A DNA stretch of 64,000 nucleotides, from positions 992,001-1,056,000 of the forward strand of contig CM039005.1 of NCBI GenBank assembly GCA_017499595.2, in the 5' to 3' direction. Every line of letters starts with the position of its first letter. Within the stretch, counting starts at the first letter, position 1. This DNA comes from Psilocybe cubensis (taxonomy: Eukaryota). Under the pieces are notes generated by a model, which saw only the letters and a program-made list of their open reading frames with translations, searched no databases and was not told where the DNA came from. The position numbers and the translations under genes were made by a program. This document shows positions 14,274-26,379 of this stretch, piece after piece.

Positions 14274-17200
14274 GATTGATAGCGTTCAGGAGGTTGGATC
14301 TTGTGCGGTCCACTGGACTTGAAGAAAGATAAGATCAACAGACCTTGAACAGACCCTGCTGTAAACTTTTCGGTCACTTTTTTCAATATTGTGTAAACCA
14401 AATACCTACGGATATAAAGGATCGGTTTTCGCACATGGCAACTCAGCATTGGATCGTGCCATTCAATTTTGAAGAAACTTACAGCAGAACTCCAGATACG
14501 ATATGGTTGCCCACAGAAACTTGGTCTGGCACCAGGAGCTTCCTCATGTCACCGGTGTCACGTCTCTGTCAGCAAATAACGCCACGTGGTGAAATAAAGT
14601 CACACTAGTGGCGTTCAAACATCTCTGAAAACAACCTTCGCAACGCCTAATTTGTAGGTTTTGAGTGAGTATGAACGCGTTCAAACATATATCCGTCAGC
14701 ATGATGTATTATAGCAAAAATAAACACAAATATACTGCCCCATTTGACTGATCGACAGTATCAGCGCTTCAGATCTTGCTTGCAAATAACTTGAACTCCA
14801 GCTCTGAGTATGTACAAGTCCTCACACACACACTGAATGACAGTAAATTTGGGGCATTCGGTCAGTTTTTTGAAACATATGAAACATATCCGAAGGCCTC
14901 TGTAGTAAAGTAGCATCGGAAACAAAAAAGAGCGAAGCTTGAAAACGGAGTGATCGCAGGTGTTAGCGCTATTTTTAGACATCTTGGCGTTCTGACTTGT
15001 TATCTGAAATTGATCTGAAAGACGAATGCCCAAAGCCATCGATCACCCAACGGTAAGCCATAGCCGTTACTTTTTGAGCGGCTAACATTGACACCCTGAC
15101 GTAAATCCAGGACCAAAATTGTAGCTAAGCGCTCGAATATCAAACCATTACACCGGAGATACTAAATGCTCATGATGATCTCCACAGGGGTGACTCGGCC
15201 TTTCAGAGGGGATTTCGCTGTCGCCTTTGGATCTCGAGTAATCGGATGACACCGAGTGGACGAGTAGGGTCTATCGTGATAGCTACTCTCCTCATCACCT
15301 TCTATTCTGACTCCAGATGATGATTCTCCCCGAGAGTCATTACCCTCTCATGCATGGCCCATCGAACCCCAACTCTCTATCAAATGTGGCGGAATCGTGC
15401 CTTCCTGAGCTCGAGTATTTCCCGGTTTGGAGGCAACGTGGTTTGGACATGGTGTTGTCGTTAACTATACCTGGTGGATCCTATTTATAGTACGTAAGGT
15501 TACCTTGTGCTTCACCGTCCCGAGGTTTGAACATCTCAGGGCCCTAGTAGCTGTGTTCCGGACAGAAAATGCAGTCTACACACAACCTCATGAGTCACTC
15601 GTTAAAATGCACTAGTTTTTTAGATATAAGAGGGCTTCCAAATCGATGCACCATATCATACTGGACCCTCATTCCGCTCTTCATGTCTTCGCTCTCTTTT
15701 CGACAAGGACAAACTTACATATCTCAGTGTGTCCTTAGACGGCTGGCAGTCGGCATTCTTTCATTGGCCTCATTGTGTCTACGCTCGTGCGACTCAAATG
15801 GTATTCTCTTGGTTGTGCTTCCGTTGTGCATCACTTGTCCGACCCAGTGTCTCTGTTTAAAAAGGTGAATTGATCCCTTCTTTCCAATTCGCTTCTCATA
15901 CTGACTAAATCCTACAGTCTTAACACTCTCGATATTTTCTCTTTAAGTCTCTCGGTGGCTGCTTGAAGTATAATTCCATACTCCTTTGGCTTTCTTGGAA
16001 TGTGAGTAGAATTGCATACGCTCGATCTCATTATGCCTTACTGACAACTTATATCAACATAGAGTTTTCTCTGTTTCTCGGCGTTATGCGTCTGTCTGTC
16101 TTGGGTTTTTTCTTGGTCTGTTACTCCCTGTGTGTCTGCTTTCGACTTTCGATGTGTTGTCTCTGGTTGTCCGGTTGTCTGGTTCATAAAGTGGTTACGT
16201 CTTTGCATTTTCTCGTTACGAGAAGACGAGGGGTAGGCACTATACGCAAATCGAAGCGGTTAGGTGTTATAATTCTGTGGAAGTATAAAATCGACTTTGA
16301 CAGACTTTGGACTTCGATTTTAGATTTGGATTTGGCTTTAGACTTCGTCGACTCGATCTTGCGCCGGGGGACTCACGCTGACAGGCTCCTAAAAATATCT
16401 CATCCGCGTTTACTCTGACTTCCCTACCAGCAATCACCTAGCGTCCCCAGTGGTGTGTTCTAAAGTTCAGGCACTGATATCCTACCCAATTAGTGACTGC
16501 ATATTCTCTAGCACACGTCCCTTTAGGTGTCAATATACACCCTCGCCGCATTGGAGGCAAGGTCAGTTTCCTTTTCCCGGATAAGGGGTGCTTAGAGCCA
16601 TGTGGCTCTTTCGCACCCTTGGTGTGTACCTTGTCGTTGGTATCCGGGCTTACACAGGTGTACAGAACTATCGCATTTAGAGCGACGGTCTGTGCCCTGT
16701 AACCAAACACACATTAAATTTTACTTTTGTCTTTTCCTAATGATTTCTAACACTTCAAAACCCACACAATATAGCTGACTCTGTAAACAGACCATCCCTC
16801 GTATTTTTCCTTCCTCATCTCATGAGTCTTACAAAGGAATGGCTGGGTATTGATTTCCACACAACGGCCTCAAGCAAGAGCCTTTAGATCGACGGACAAC
16901 TCTTCCAAGATATTGAATACTGTCCAAATAACTATGCTCAAACCTTCAACACAGGCATTTGAAAGGATTTTTCCGTACTTTTTTTTTTAATCTTTGTATA
17001 ACTTCCAAACTCCAAGAATTAACGCAGTTTCAATTTCAGGGTTGCTAGCACTGTTCCTTGACGTGTTGTCGGGGGGTGGACCTTGAATCACAGACGCCTC
17101 TCGACCACGCTTCATACATTCATTGCCGAGCTAACTGTATCAATATAACAACTTCGCGATGACCGGTAGAAAATAGACCTTTAAAAAGGTCGCTGCGTAT

Positions 17201-17561
17201 CAAGATTCCTCGAAATATATACACAAACTGTCAAATGCTATTTAAGAAGGGTCAATGCATACAGTGAACAGAATCGTTGCCACATATCGAAATCATGGCC
17301 GATAACGCTGTTGGTTTTGAGTAAAGGATGCAATTAAGTGCAACACACGTTGTTATCGGGATCGTCTAGCGCAAGTAAAAGAAGGGGTATTAAGTCCCAA
17401 AATATCCGGGCATGAAGCCTCTCCACAAGATCAAGGTCTTTACAAGGAACCGGAATTGACCTTGAGATGACAAGCCTAAAGATAAGACGTTGGGGGTAGG
17501 TCCATTCATTAACATTCGAACGACGAACCGTAATTTTATGGTATATTCTGCGTCTCTCAAC

Positions 17562-18345
17562 TTATGTCCTCTCTACCCATCGTTCGAATTTGTCCTCTCT
17601 GAGGCTGGCGAGGTATCCATCTTCGACAGCTTCACACACTTTATCGAGTTCTTCGAGGGCAGAGATCAAGGCGTCTATCGATGAGGCATTATCTGTCCCG
17701 AGGTCGTATAGGTAAGGTCTATAAGGAAAAGGATACCGGAACGACGTACCATACATCTGGATACGGACATTGATGACATTTTCGGATGGATGGGGTACAC
17801 TAGGCAGAGAAAACAACGAATTAGTATGCAGTATAGTGGAACCGTGTTGAAAAAAGGGCCGAGGCTTGCGTCGAACACAGGGGAGCGGGATATTGGGTTA
17901 TTGACGACAGAAAGGCATGAATGCCGCCGAGCAAAGCAAGAAAGACGAGATAGGAGCTCGACAACTTGACAGACAGTCCAACCCTCTAGCAACGACTTTG
18001 AATCTCCAACGAGGGAAACACCTTGGTGGCCACAACATCGACATTGAAAGATCGGAGGTATATTCACCTGTAGCCACAGAATTCCACTTTTGGACTAAAC
18101 CAGACGAGGAGTTGAAAATTCGTAAAACAATAATAAGTATGGATCGTAGTACGCACTTTTTCATCAACATCCATCGTAATGAATTTCCGATTGTATGTGA
18201 CTCGTCGTGGATTTGATATGTCGCCGCTGAGAGGTCAGCAGAGCTCTTTAACTATGGCTTCACAAGTAAGAATATTGTCAATGAGATTGGTGAACAAAAT
18301 GTAAATAGTTCTCACCAGCTTAATCTTCTCGACAGCCTCGGCCAT
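17562..18345 (-). CDS. RPC19: RNA polymerase I/III shared subunit AC19
   Basis: [39 protein letters not shown] across 5 exons. Confidence 0.9.
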
Positions 18346-19103
18346 TGTGATTAATCTTTGTTATACCAAAGGGGTGGAGGAGGTGAATGGCAGGACAGTC
18401 AAATTTACGAAATTTCTTGGTGAGACGCGTTTCACGTGACCTTGAGGACCACACGCCAAGCATTTAGTATATCGGCTTGGCAGAAATCCCCACAGAAGAG
18501 CCCTCCTCGTAGGCTACAATAGCGCAGATATCTTGAGTATAAACACCCACATGGAGCCACAATTATTAGTCGGGAGCTTTGCAGCAGCTGAGAGGAAGAT
18601 TGGGACAATGGGAGGAAATTCAAACTCCGGTGGCCAAATATGTCGATAGGAAGCCAAACACGAACACATTCTGCCGTCATCTTTTGTCCACCACAATGAC
18701 AGTACAATGGGAAACTTGGTTTGACCACTCGTCCATGGATTTCAATGCTGCAGAATTTTTCAGATCTCAGGGGTACTGGAATGCATGAGCCTGAGCCACT
18801 GTCTTCTCGGCTAATGATATCTATAAAATCTACCGCTATGCTCCCTCTTTGTCCGGTTCTCCATCCTGTTCCCCATCCGCAAATCTCTCGTTTTCTAGGC
18901 TCGGTTCTTTACTGGTCCTTGCATATACCCATTGGACTTACATTTCATCTTTCATAACTCCACATATTTCTATTTCTACTCTACACTTAAGGCTGGCCTT
19001 CGATTACCTGGGTGATCTTTAATCTTCTTCATTGAACGACATTTATACTTCTGCAACATCTCTACTTCACTCCCCTTCCAACGACCAACTATAATCTATC
19101 GAC

Positions 19104-19787
19104 ATGCCACCTACACGTTCCAAGACCGAATATGAAAGGCGCCCTACCCTGCCTTCAATCCACACGTTGAACCTACCAATGCTTTCCGGTTCAGGCTCTG
19201 CTAGACCATTAACGCCACCTAATGTACAACATGAAAATTATGATCAATCGGTACGCTCGTTTTATTCTTCTAAGTGCAAAATAGCTCATTCCTTTGTCCC
19301 TCAGAACAATTCTCATAAATTTGTGCCCCGTCACTCCAGGAATTTTTCGACGTCCTCATCAACTACGAACGATTCACGCGAGGCCTCACCTGTTCTTCAA
19401 CACGCCAGGAATTTCTCTACATCTTCAACAGCCACGAACGAATCACGCAATTTTTCACCTGTTCCTTTCGACCCATCGGCTAACCCCAGGAACCCCTTTG
19501 CCTCAGGAAAACCAGTGCGCGTTCGCGCGTGCAGCATCGACGAGGCCGATGCTATCTTTCTTGTCAAATCTCACTCCAGCCTGGTTCCTGCCCGCTCTGG
19601 TCCACCGTTCTCCGAGCCACATATTCTGCTTTTCGGGAACACCATTCAACAATTCCGAAACGGCTCGATCACCATAGCCAAGGGTACTAGGGTACACCCC
19701 TACCGCGTTGTACGCCGCCCATCGCCTTCCAATGGCCGCGTTCCATCTGTTGTAATTCATCCTATCGCCCCGCCCCGTCGGCTCTAA
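19104..19787 (+). CDS. Hypothetical Ser/Pro-rich protein (probable intron ~19251-19304)
   Basis: 227-aa ORF with LPSIHTL and RVHPYR motifs; 69-bp internal repeat (RNFSTSS..TN.SR twice). Confidence 0.6.
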   Translation: MPPTRSKTEYERRPTLPSIHTLNLPMLSGSGSARPLTPPNVQHENYDQSVRSFYSSKCKIAHSFVPQNNSHKFVPRHSRNFSTSSSTTNDSREASPVLQHARNFSTSSTATNESRNFSPVPFDPSANPRNPFASGKPVRVRACSIDEADAIFLVKSHSSLVPARSGPPFSEPHILLFGNTIQQFRNGSITIAKGTRVHPYRVVRRPSPSNGRVPSVVIHPIAPPRRL

Positions 19788-20352
19788 AATGTACCAAATC
19801 TAATGTATCACCACCTCGTACTTGTTTATCATTTTTCCTTGTCGGTATCACGGTCTTTTCTTCTTCGCGTCTCTTGTGCCGTATACCCCAATTAGATAGA
19901 TACCCCGCATCGTATCCATCATAACCCGAACTTTCTATCATCTTGTACATTTTGCACTTGTATCTATAGCTTATACGACATTTACGCACAGAACGAGGTT
20001 AATTCGAAACGTCATGTATAGTACAATAGCTTAAAAAACTACCCTTCCAAAAATTTGAAACCATTGAACCAACTCAAAATTGTAGGCCTTGTGGAGTAGT
20101 TTCAACTTCAGGTAGCAGACACTGTCCGCATCCGCATTGTTCGAACAAACTGATTGTTTAAAAATTATCCCATGGAGGTGTTTTGACAGCCCCAATAGCA
20201 ATTTCGCAGGATCCTCGTGCCGATGCTCCCCTCTTTGTTCATGCTCAATAGCCACTCAATGAATGCATGCCAAACAATGCTTACAGTTACATTAATACGA
20301 TTTCTCCGACCCACAATGGAATAGCCACATGACGAGCGAAGCGGAACCTCAA

Positions 20353-21531
20353 TCAAATGTTCTTCACAAACTTCAGTATCTCCTGAACCACCTCATCCGG
20401 TTTCTCCTGCGGCGCCCAATGACCGGCGCCTTCGATAAGAACAAAGTCCTCCTCTTTCATATTCTTGCATGTCTTCGCTCGCATAGTCTCCGCTGCCCCT
20501 GGTATCTGATAGACACCCCAATCCTGCGCACCGCCGATGAACTTGGCTGGTATCTCAACCTGCTTGCCCACAAGGATCTTGAGGTCATCAGTCCACCGAG
20601 GCGACTCCGCCATGCAGCGGTAGAGGTTCAATCCGCCTTGAAATCCACCTTCCCTATAGTGTGCCAGAAAAACCTCCAGCTCCTGGTCTGTTAACCATTT
20701 GCACTGAGAGATTTCTTCTGTTGTAGGCGCTTTGGAGGCGAGAGCTTCCGGCATCGTCTGCTCACGAGGCATAACGTAGTAGTGTGGCAAGTTCTCGAAC
20801 AATTTAGGCGCGAGAACGGTGCCTAGCGGCCTGGGGGAATTGTTGGACTTGTGGTCAGCACTCTTCAGGTGATGATACGTCCTCCAGAAAGCAGCGAACC
20901 CCTGAGGAGGGTTGGATAGGTCCGCATTGGCCTGCGGTGTCGAAAAATAGACCATGTAATGCTTGCGCGGGGGGTCGAGCGTGCTGAGCGCTGCGTCCAA
21001 CTGCTGCAACTGCGTCTTTGCGTTCGGATCTCCTGTACCCGCAGGAGGCGGTCCAGTAAACGGTGCACTCATAAAGACCACTGACCTGAACAGATCTGGC
21101 CTCACCAGCGCACAATATCCAGCGACCGGAGACCCAAAATCTGTCCCAACCACAGCTTCGACGGATGTATATCCTAGGCTATAGACAAGGGTGACGATGT
21201 CTGCTGCAATATTCAGAATACGGTACGGCGACAGATCTTCCTCGTACGCGATCTTTGCGGAAGGCACTGCACGACTGCGTTGCTTGGTTTGACCGAACCC
21301 ACGGAGATCAGGCGCGACGACGGCATATCCTTGAGCGGAAAGTGGAGTCATAACCTTTCTCCACGAATAGGCAAGTTCCGGGAAGCCATGCAGAAGAAGA
21401 ATGAGAGGTGGTTTGGAGGAGGGATCGTGTGAAGGGGGTAATGCTTCCAATATATGCATGTCAAGATCGCCAACACCCAGGAATCGGGAATGAATGCCTG
21501 ATGGCATACCGGGCCATTTACTAGATGCCAT
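20353..21531 (-). CDS. Alpha/beta-fold epoxide hydrolase-like protein, intronless
   Basis: HGFPE..YSWR, APDLRGFG, nucleophile elbow GTDFG, GAGHW. Confidence 0.9.
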   Translation of the reverse strand: MASSKWPGMPSGIHSRFLGVGDLDMHILEALPPSHDPSSKPPLILLLHGFPELAYSWRKVMTPLSAQGYAVVAPDLRGFGQTKQRSRAVPSAKIAYEEDLSPYRILNIAADIVTLVYSLGYTSVEAVVGTDFGSPVAGYCALVRPDLFRSVVFMSAPFTGPPPAGTGDPNAKTQLQQLDAALSTLDPPRKHYMVYFSTPQANADLSNPPQGFAAFWRTYHHLKSADHKSNNSPRPLGTVLAPKLFENLPHYYVMPREQTMPEALASKAPTTEEISQCKWLTDQELEVFLAHYREGGFQGGLNLYRCMAESPRWTDDLKILVGKQVEIPAKFIGGAQDWGVYQIPGAAETMRAKTCKNMKEEDFVLIEGAGHWAPQEKPDEVVQEILKFVKNI

Positions 21532-21941
21532 AGTTGTAGAAGAAAGAGTTCTGCTATACGCCAAAGGTCGGTTATAAAGAATGCGAAAAATGATTTGTAA
21601 AACCCAAGAAATGCATTATAAAGGGCAGACGCATATCAAGAATGCCGAACCGGCCGTACGAAACCACCAAAAAGAGATGAAGATATAAAATCACAAGATA
21701 TTGTGAAACTCAAACTGTTTATAGAATCAGCGATATGTTGAACACCAAAAATGTAGACCAAGAATGAAATCCATAACACCCAAAAAAAAAAAAAAGTTCC
21801 CTTTCTGCAAAGAAAAAGAGACAAAAGTCCGAGAGAAATTCGCCTTTAAAACACAAGTTGAGGATGCCAATTGGTAGGTAATGGATGTTCGATAGATAAT
21901 AAAAGGAAATGTTCGAATTTTGAAAAGTGGTTAAAAGCTGC

Positions 21942-23865
21942 CTATAGGACCTCGTCGACCTTGGATCGATTGATGCAGAAACCCTTGGAGAAACTAATTA
22001 ATAGACAAGCAAAATCCAGAGACCTTTTTAACGCACCGGTGTAACCCATTCCTTGCACCCACAACAAACTCCTGCCCAATCATAATTCCCCAGTTTTGCT
22101 CCGCATTTCTTGTTTGGACAAGTAATCTTCCCAGCAAGTTGTCCGCCCTCCAAAAAATGTTCCATCCAGCCCATCTGAAGGCAAAATGAGCGCAAAACAT
22201 AATGACGTTACGAAGTATAAACTAACTGGTTCAACAAAATAGCCAGAACATTGTGGATTTACCAATATCGGAGCGCTGACAGGTGTCGATCCCTTCACGG
22301 AATTGTTTGATAAGGTACTTTGACTTGGCAAAGTTGGAGATCGTAGGCCAGCAAGTTTGGGGTTTGAAAACAACTGAGCAGAGAGGTCAGATGGACTTAT
22401 CAGACGACTTGGCTGCTCGATGGTCGTATCAGGCAGTTCCATTGGGGATTCTACGACCGCCGCATCACTAGGTACTTTGTGATGGCTGTTTCTCCTACTC
22501 AAATGTGCATTTCTGTCGTCGATAGTCGAAATAACCGCATCGGATAGTTGGCGTCCCAAAATTTCAGATTTGTGGATCGAAATGTCGGCAGCAGCTGTGC
22601 CATCCGCGTTGACTTTCAGAGAAAGTGGGGATCCAACGGCTGTCGGTTCGTCTGCGTCTTCTTCCGTCTCGAGAGCAAATGTTGACGCCGAAGTAGAATT
22701 TGACTCCTGCTGTGATGAGCTTAAATCCAATTTTTGTTCAGTGGAAGGATGCTCTTGAATGGATGACATTGCCAATGAGTCTGTGAGTCCTGAACTGATA
22801 GAAGGCCGAATGAGAGGTCTGAGCGATCCTTGTCCAGAGCTTCCTGATGGACGGCGCGAAACGGCAGGGGAGACAGAAGCAGGTGTTCCAATAGCAGGAG
22901 TCGCTGGACCAAGTTGCCCATGATCTAGCATGTGTTCTCGGGTGGCTAGCTCTTGCCTGTTGCAATGGTGAGCATATTTTGCCGTCGAAGCACTCCGCGA
23001 AGACTTGCCTGCATTTTTTGCATCGTATGCGCCTTCGAGGTATCGGAAAGGCCGGAGCAGATGTTTCTGATGGAGTGGCTGGAACGGAATCAGAAGGATA
23101 CCTAGCGAACATCCCGGTTTCTGGCAGGGATCCATCGCCATCTGCAAATATAGAGACAAGGTTAGAGCCAACAGAGCCAATCACAACAAATCCGATCACG
23201 TACTCATCACTTCTCCAACCGTTCTTTCCATGTAAAACCTCCGAACGCTTTTCTCTCGTCTGGAAATTTTGTAGCGAGCAGTATGGAACAGCTCAAGTTG
23301 ATAAAGAAAACCTTGATTCGGTCTTTTGGAAATAAGTCAAAACGCGTTGGAGATGAGTCAAAGCTTAAACATACTCAACGTTTGGTCTTTTTTGCTTGAT
23401 GAGTGCCAGAGCAGCGTTTGGATCGATTTTTTGGCTGTACATCAAGTAGGCCGCAACTATGGTTGAACTACGACCTGTTGTTGCAAGGATAAGATGTAAA
23501 TATAAAAAATAAAATTAATACGCAACATACTGATTCCTGCTTGACAATGCACCAAGACACCCCTTCCCTTATCCAGTTCCTCCTGAATGAAATTGATGGA
23601 GGGTAGAAAGTGCGTTAATATGTCTTCGTCCTCAGTATCGTCCAGTTTAATTTGGTGTCTTATGAAGGTCTATGGTGTTCCATGGAGATTAGAACTATTA
23701 GGTTTGAGAAGGCTGTTCACGATGGCGACGCACTTCGTGGATTGTGACTCGTCCTCGCATTGCCGACAGGATGCTGAAAATGGAGTGTGATTTCAGCTCC
23801 TCGACATCGAGGGCACTTGCCAGGTCTCCAATCCATAACCCGGGAATAATTTCGTCCATTGTCAT
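21942..23865 (-). CDS. YVH1: Dual-specificity phosphatase Yvh1/DUSP12
   Basis: VHCQAGISRS catalytic motif; C-terminal Zn domain RCKKCR...CSGYFVEP...CPNKKCGAKLGNYDWAGVCCGCKEW. Confidence 0.92.
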
Positions 23866-24201
23866 CGTCGAAAAGAAAGAGGTGGATGTGTGTTGTCGGG
23901 GTTCTGGGCAAGCGTTGTAGCAGGTGGTTTATCGTTGCTGCCTTCGAGATGATCGGCGTGGAGCAGAAGATAGGGTGAGACTCTACTTGTATGAATCGGT
24001 TGGTGACCAAACTCTTGCTACTCCATTTCACTCCATCGGAGGCACTGTTCTGCGTTGATTTATGACAGCATATGTGAAGTCGACGTATACTCAAATCATG
24101 AGGACGACGTGAGCAATAACCATCAGATAGACTAGTATTCATTAATAAATTACTAGGAAGTTACAGATATGTATAGAATGTCGTTGCGTGGTGATGATAT
24201 T

Positions 24202-25829
24202 CTAGGTCTGTGCTCCTGGAACTTTTACTGAAACTGTAACCTCGATAGCGTTCGAAGATGCAACACTAGTCAATTGTTGTATGATTGTTCCGTCCATGGG
24301 GCTGTCTGAAGTCGGAGGTAGCCTTTGATAGCATGTTGGGCAAAGGGTGAATGTGCCCTTGCTTTCTCTTCCATTAGTTTCATCTAAGGTATGAGGAGAA
24401 TATGGAGTGGGGATGGAGTGGCTGCGGAATGATGATGAATCTTTGTGTTCCTGATTTTTACTTGGAGAAGCACCCAAACGTTCCGTAGATGATATCCAAA
24501 TCTTTCGCAAGCACGATTCGACCGAGTCATCGTCGCTCAAGTCCTCTGGTCCCAAAACGACGAATTTCGCCTTGCGCTGGTCAAGATTGACTCTAGCAAC
24601 AAGTTGATTCACTTCTCGCTCCAGGAAGTCCGCCATCATCTCCAGATTTGTTTCTGGGGTTCCATATAAAAGCGCACCTTGCTGCGCTAAAACTCTGGCC
24701 TGCTCGATGCCATTACCTTTCCTACTGTATGCAAGCACAACAGTCTCTCCAAGGTTTGACCGAATTTCCAGCCTTTTCGAGATGCATCGAATGACATCTC
24801 CATTTTTTACAGGCTTGCCTTGATTTGTTTTCCAATTATTCAACTTCCACTCGTGAACAGATGTTTTAAAGCCTACCATGCGAATTGACTTATCAGAGGG
24901 TGGGCAGTGAGATTGAATAAAAACTGACATTTTATTGCATTTACTGAATCTGTATGGATTGCCAGAGGTCTTCCTGAATTGGATGTTAGCTCCAGTATGC
25001 GCAATATGGACTATACAGCAGCTAGATCAAAAAAACAACCTCAGGACGGCGAAAACCTCATTATGCGTACCATCAATTGAGCACGGGTCGTCCGCTGTGT
25101 CCCTGGACATCTTTCAGACAAGTTTCTGTATATCAAATTAGGTGGGTAGGCGTAAAATAAAAGATTGTGGCATCCGTACCTTTTGTCGTTTGTGCCCCAC
25201 CAGATCCCAACTCCTGCCATTGAGCCATACTGTTCAACATCATTGCAGTCTCCATGCACGTAGACGATGTCCCACAATGGATTTGTAAACTCTGTCTGAC
25301 ACTTCTTGGTGAAACTAGCGGGCAATGGCGTAGGTTGCACCAAGGTTGATGTGGATGAAGATCCGAGATCGCATGTAAATACCTCGGGTATTTGAGCTCG
25401 CTTTTGAGATTCGGGATCCGGGAATATGGTCGCTGGCCCTCCATCGACAGGCGTAGTTTGATTTGGAATATGTGGCAGGAAAGAAATCGTTGAATTTGTT
25501 GTTTGCGAGGTGAACGAAGTGGATTCCACAGATTGAATGGGCCCACTAGTCTGTAGAGATCCCGCAGCATCATCATCCTCTCTTACGAAGTTCCACGCTT
25601 CATCTTCGACAAAAAACTTTTTGAATCTTGCCTTCGGAAATTTACGAATTTGCTTTTCGCAAGCCTCCCTGTGAACAGAAAAATAGAAAATAAGCATCTC
25701 TTATGAATGTTTTCGAGTTGCATAGAGCAAGGGCTTCAGTAACATAAATACTGACCATGTCAAGTAAACACCAGGCTCTCTACCTTTCCTAACAGCGTAA
25801 AAACCCGGTTTTGTTCGTGACGCAGGCAT
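24202..25829 (-). CDS. RNase H1-like protein with degenerate active site
   Basis: Hybrid-binding domain FYAVRKGREPGVYLTWEAC..ARFKKF; RNase H fold AGVGIWWG..RNLSERCPG..TDS..W...NWKT...VKN. Confidence 0.85.
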
Positions 25830-26379
25830 AGGGGTAAAAGGACGTCGAGCTAAGTCAGGCTAGGTCTGTAGTTTGCTCGGCGTTCCCAGACTCTTGAAAT
25901 GTAATGGATAGGAAAGCACAGACCAGGGAGACCCCTGCGCACTGCACGACCGTCGACATTTAAACAAAGTTAAGTACCAACCAATCGGCTGATTGCGCGG
26001 CGCGTAGTTGCATAGATCACCTGATCGCGACTCAATGTACGGCGAATAAAGCAAAATTGAACCCTGACGCTCGACGCGTCGTGCGACTTGAAATTGTGGC
26101 TTTATACAGAATCCTCTGACTCCTGAGATAGGAATTAGACCTGGCTTGGTATATACAGTTCATCTCAAAACAATGTACTTCATTGCGTTTACCATTGGCG
26201 ATGAATCTTTTATAACAGAAAGATGGATTGTCCGATCAACGATTGGCATGCCATCAATGGTAATGAGGAAGCCTCTTTCAAGTGAAAAGTACTTGTCATA
26301 GTTTGTTCGACTGGAGGATTTCTCTCTACTAAAAGCTCAAACCTATACTTAGGTGCATACCGAAAAATAGGACACCCAT

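Noticed and set aside
15170-16420. Hydrophobic ORF fragments, possible membrane-protein relic
   Set aside because: Interrupted by stops; could not build a gene model or name a family
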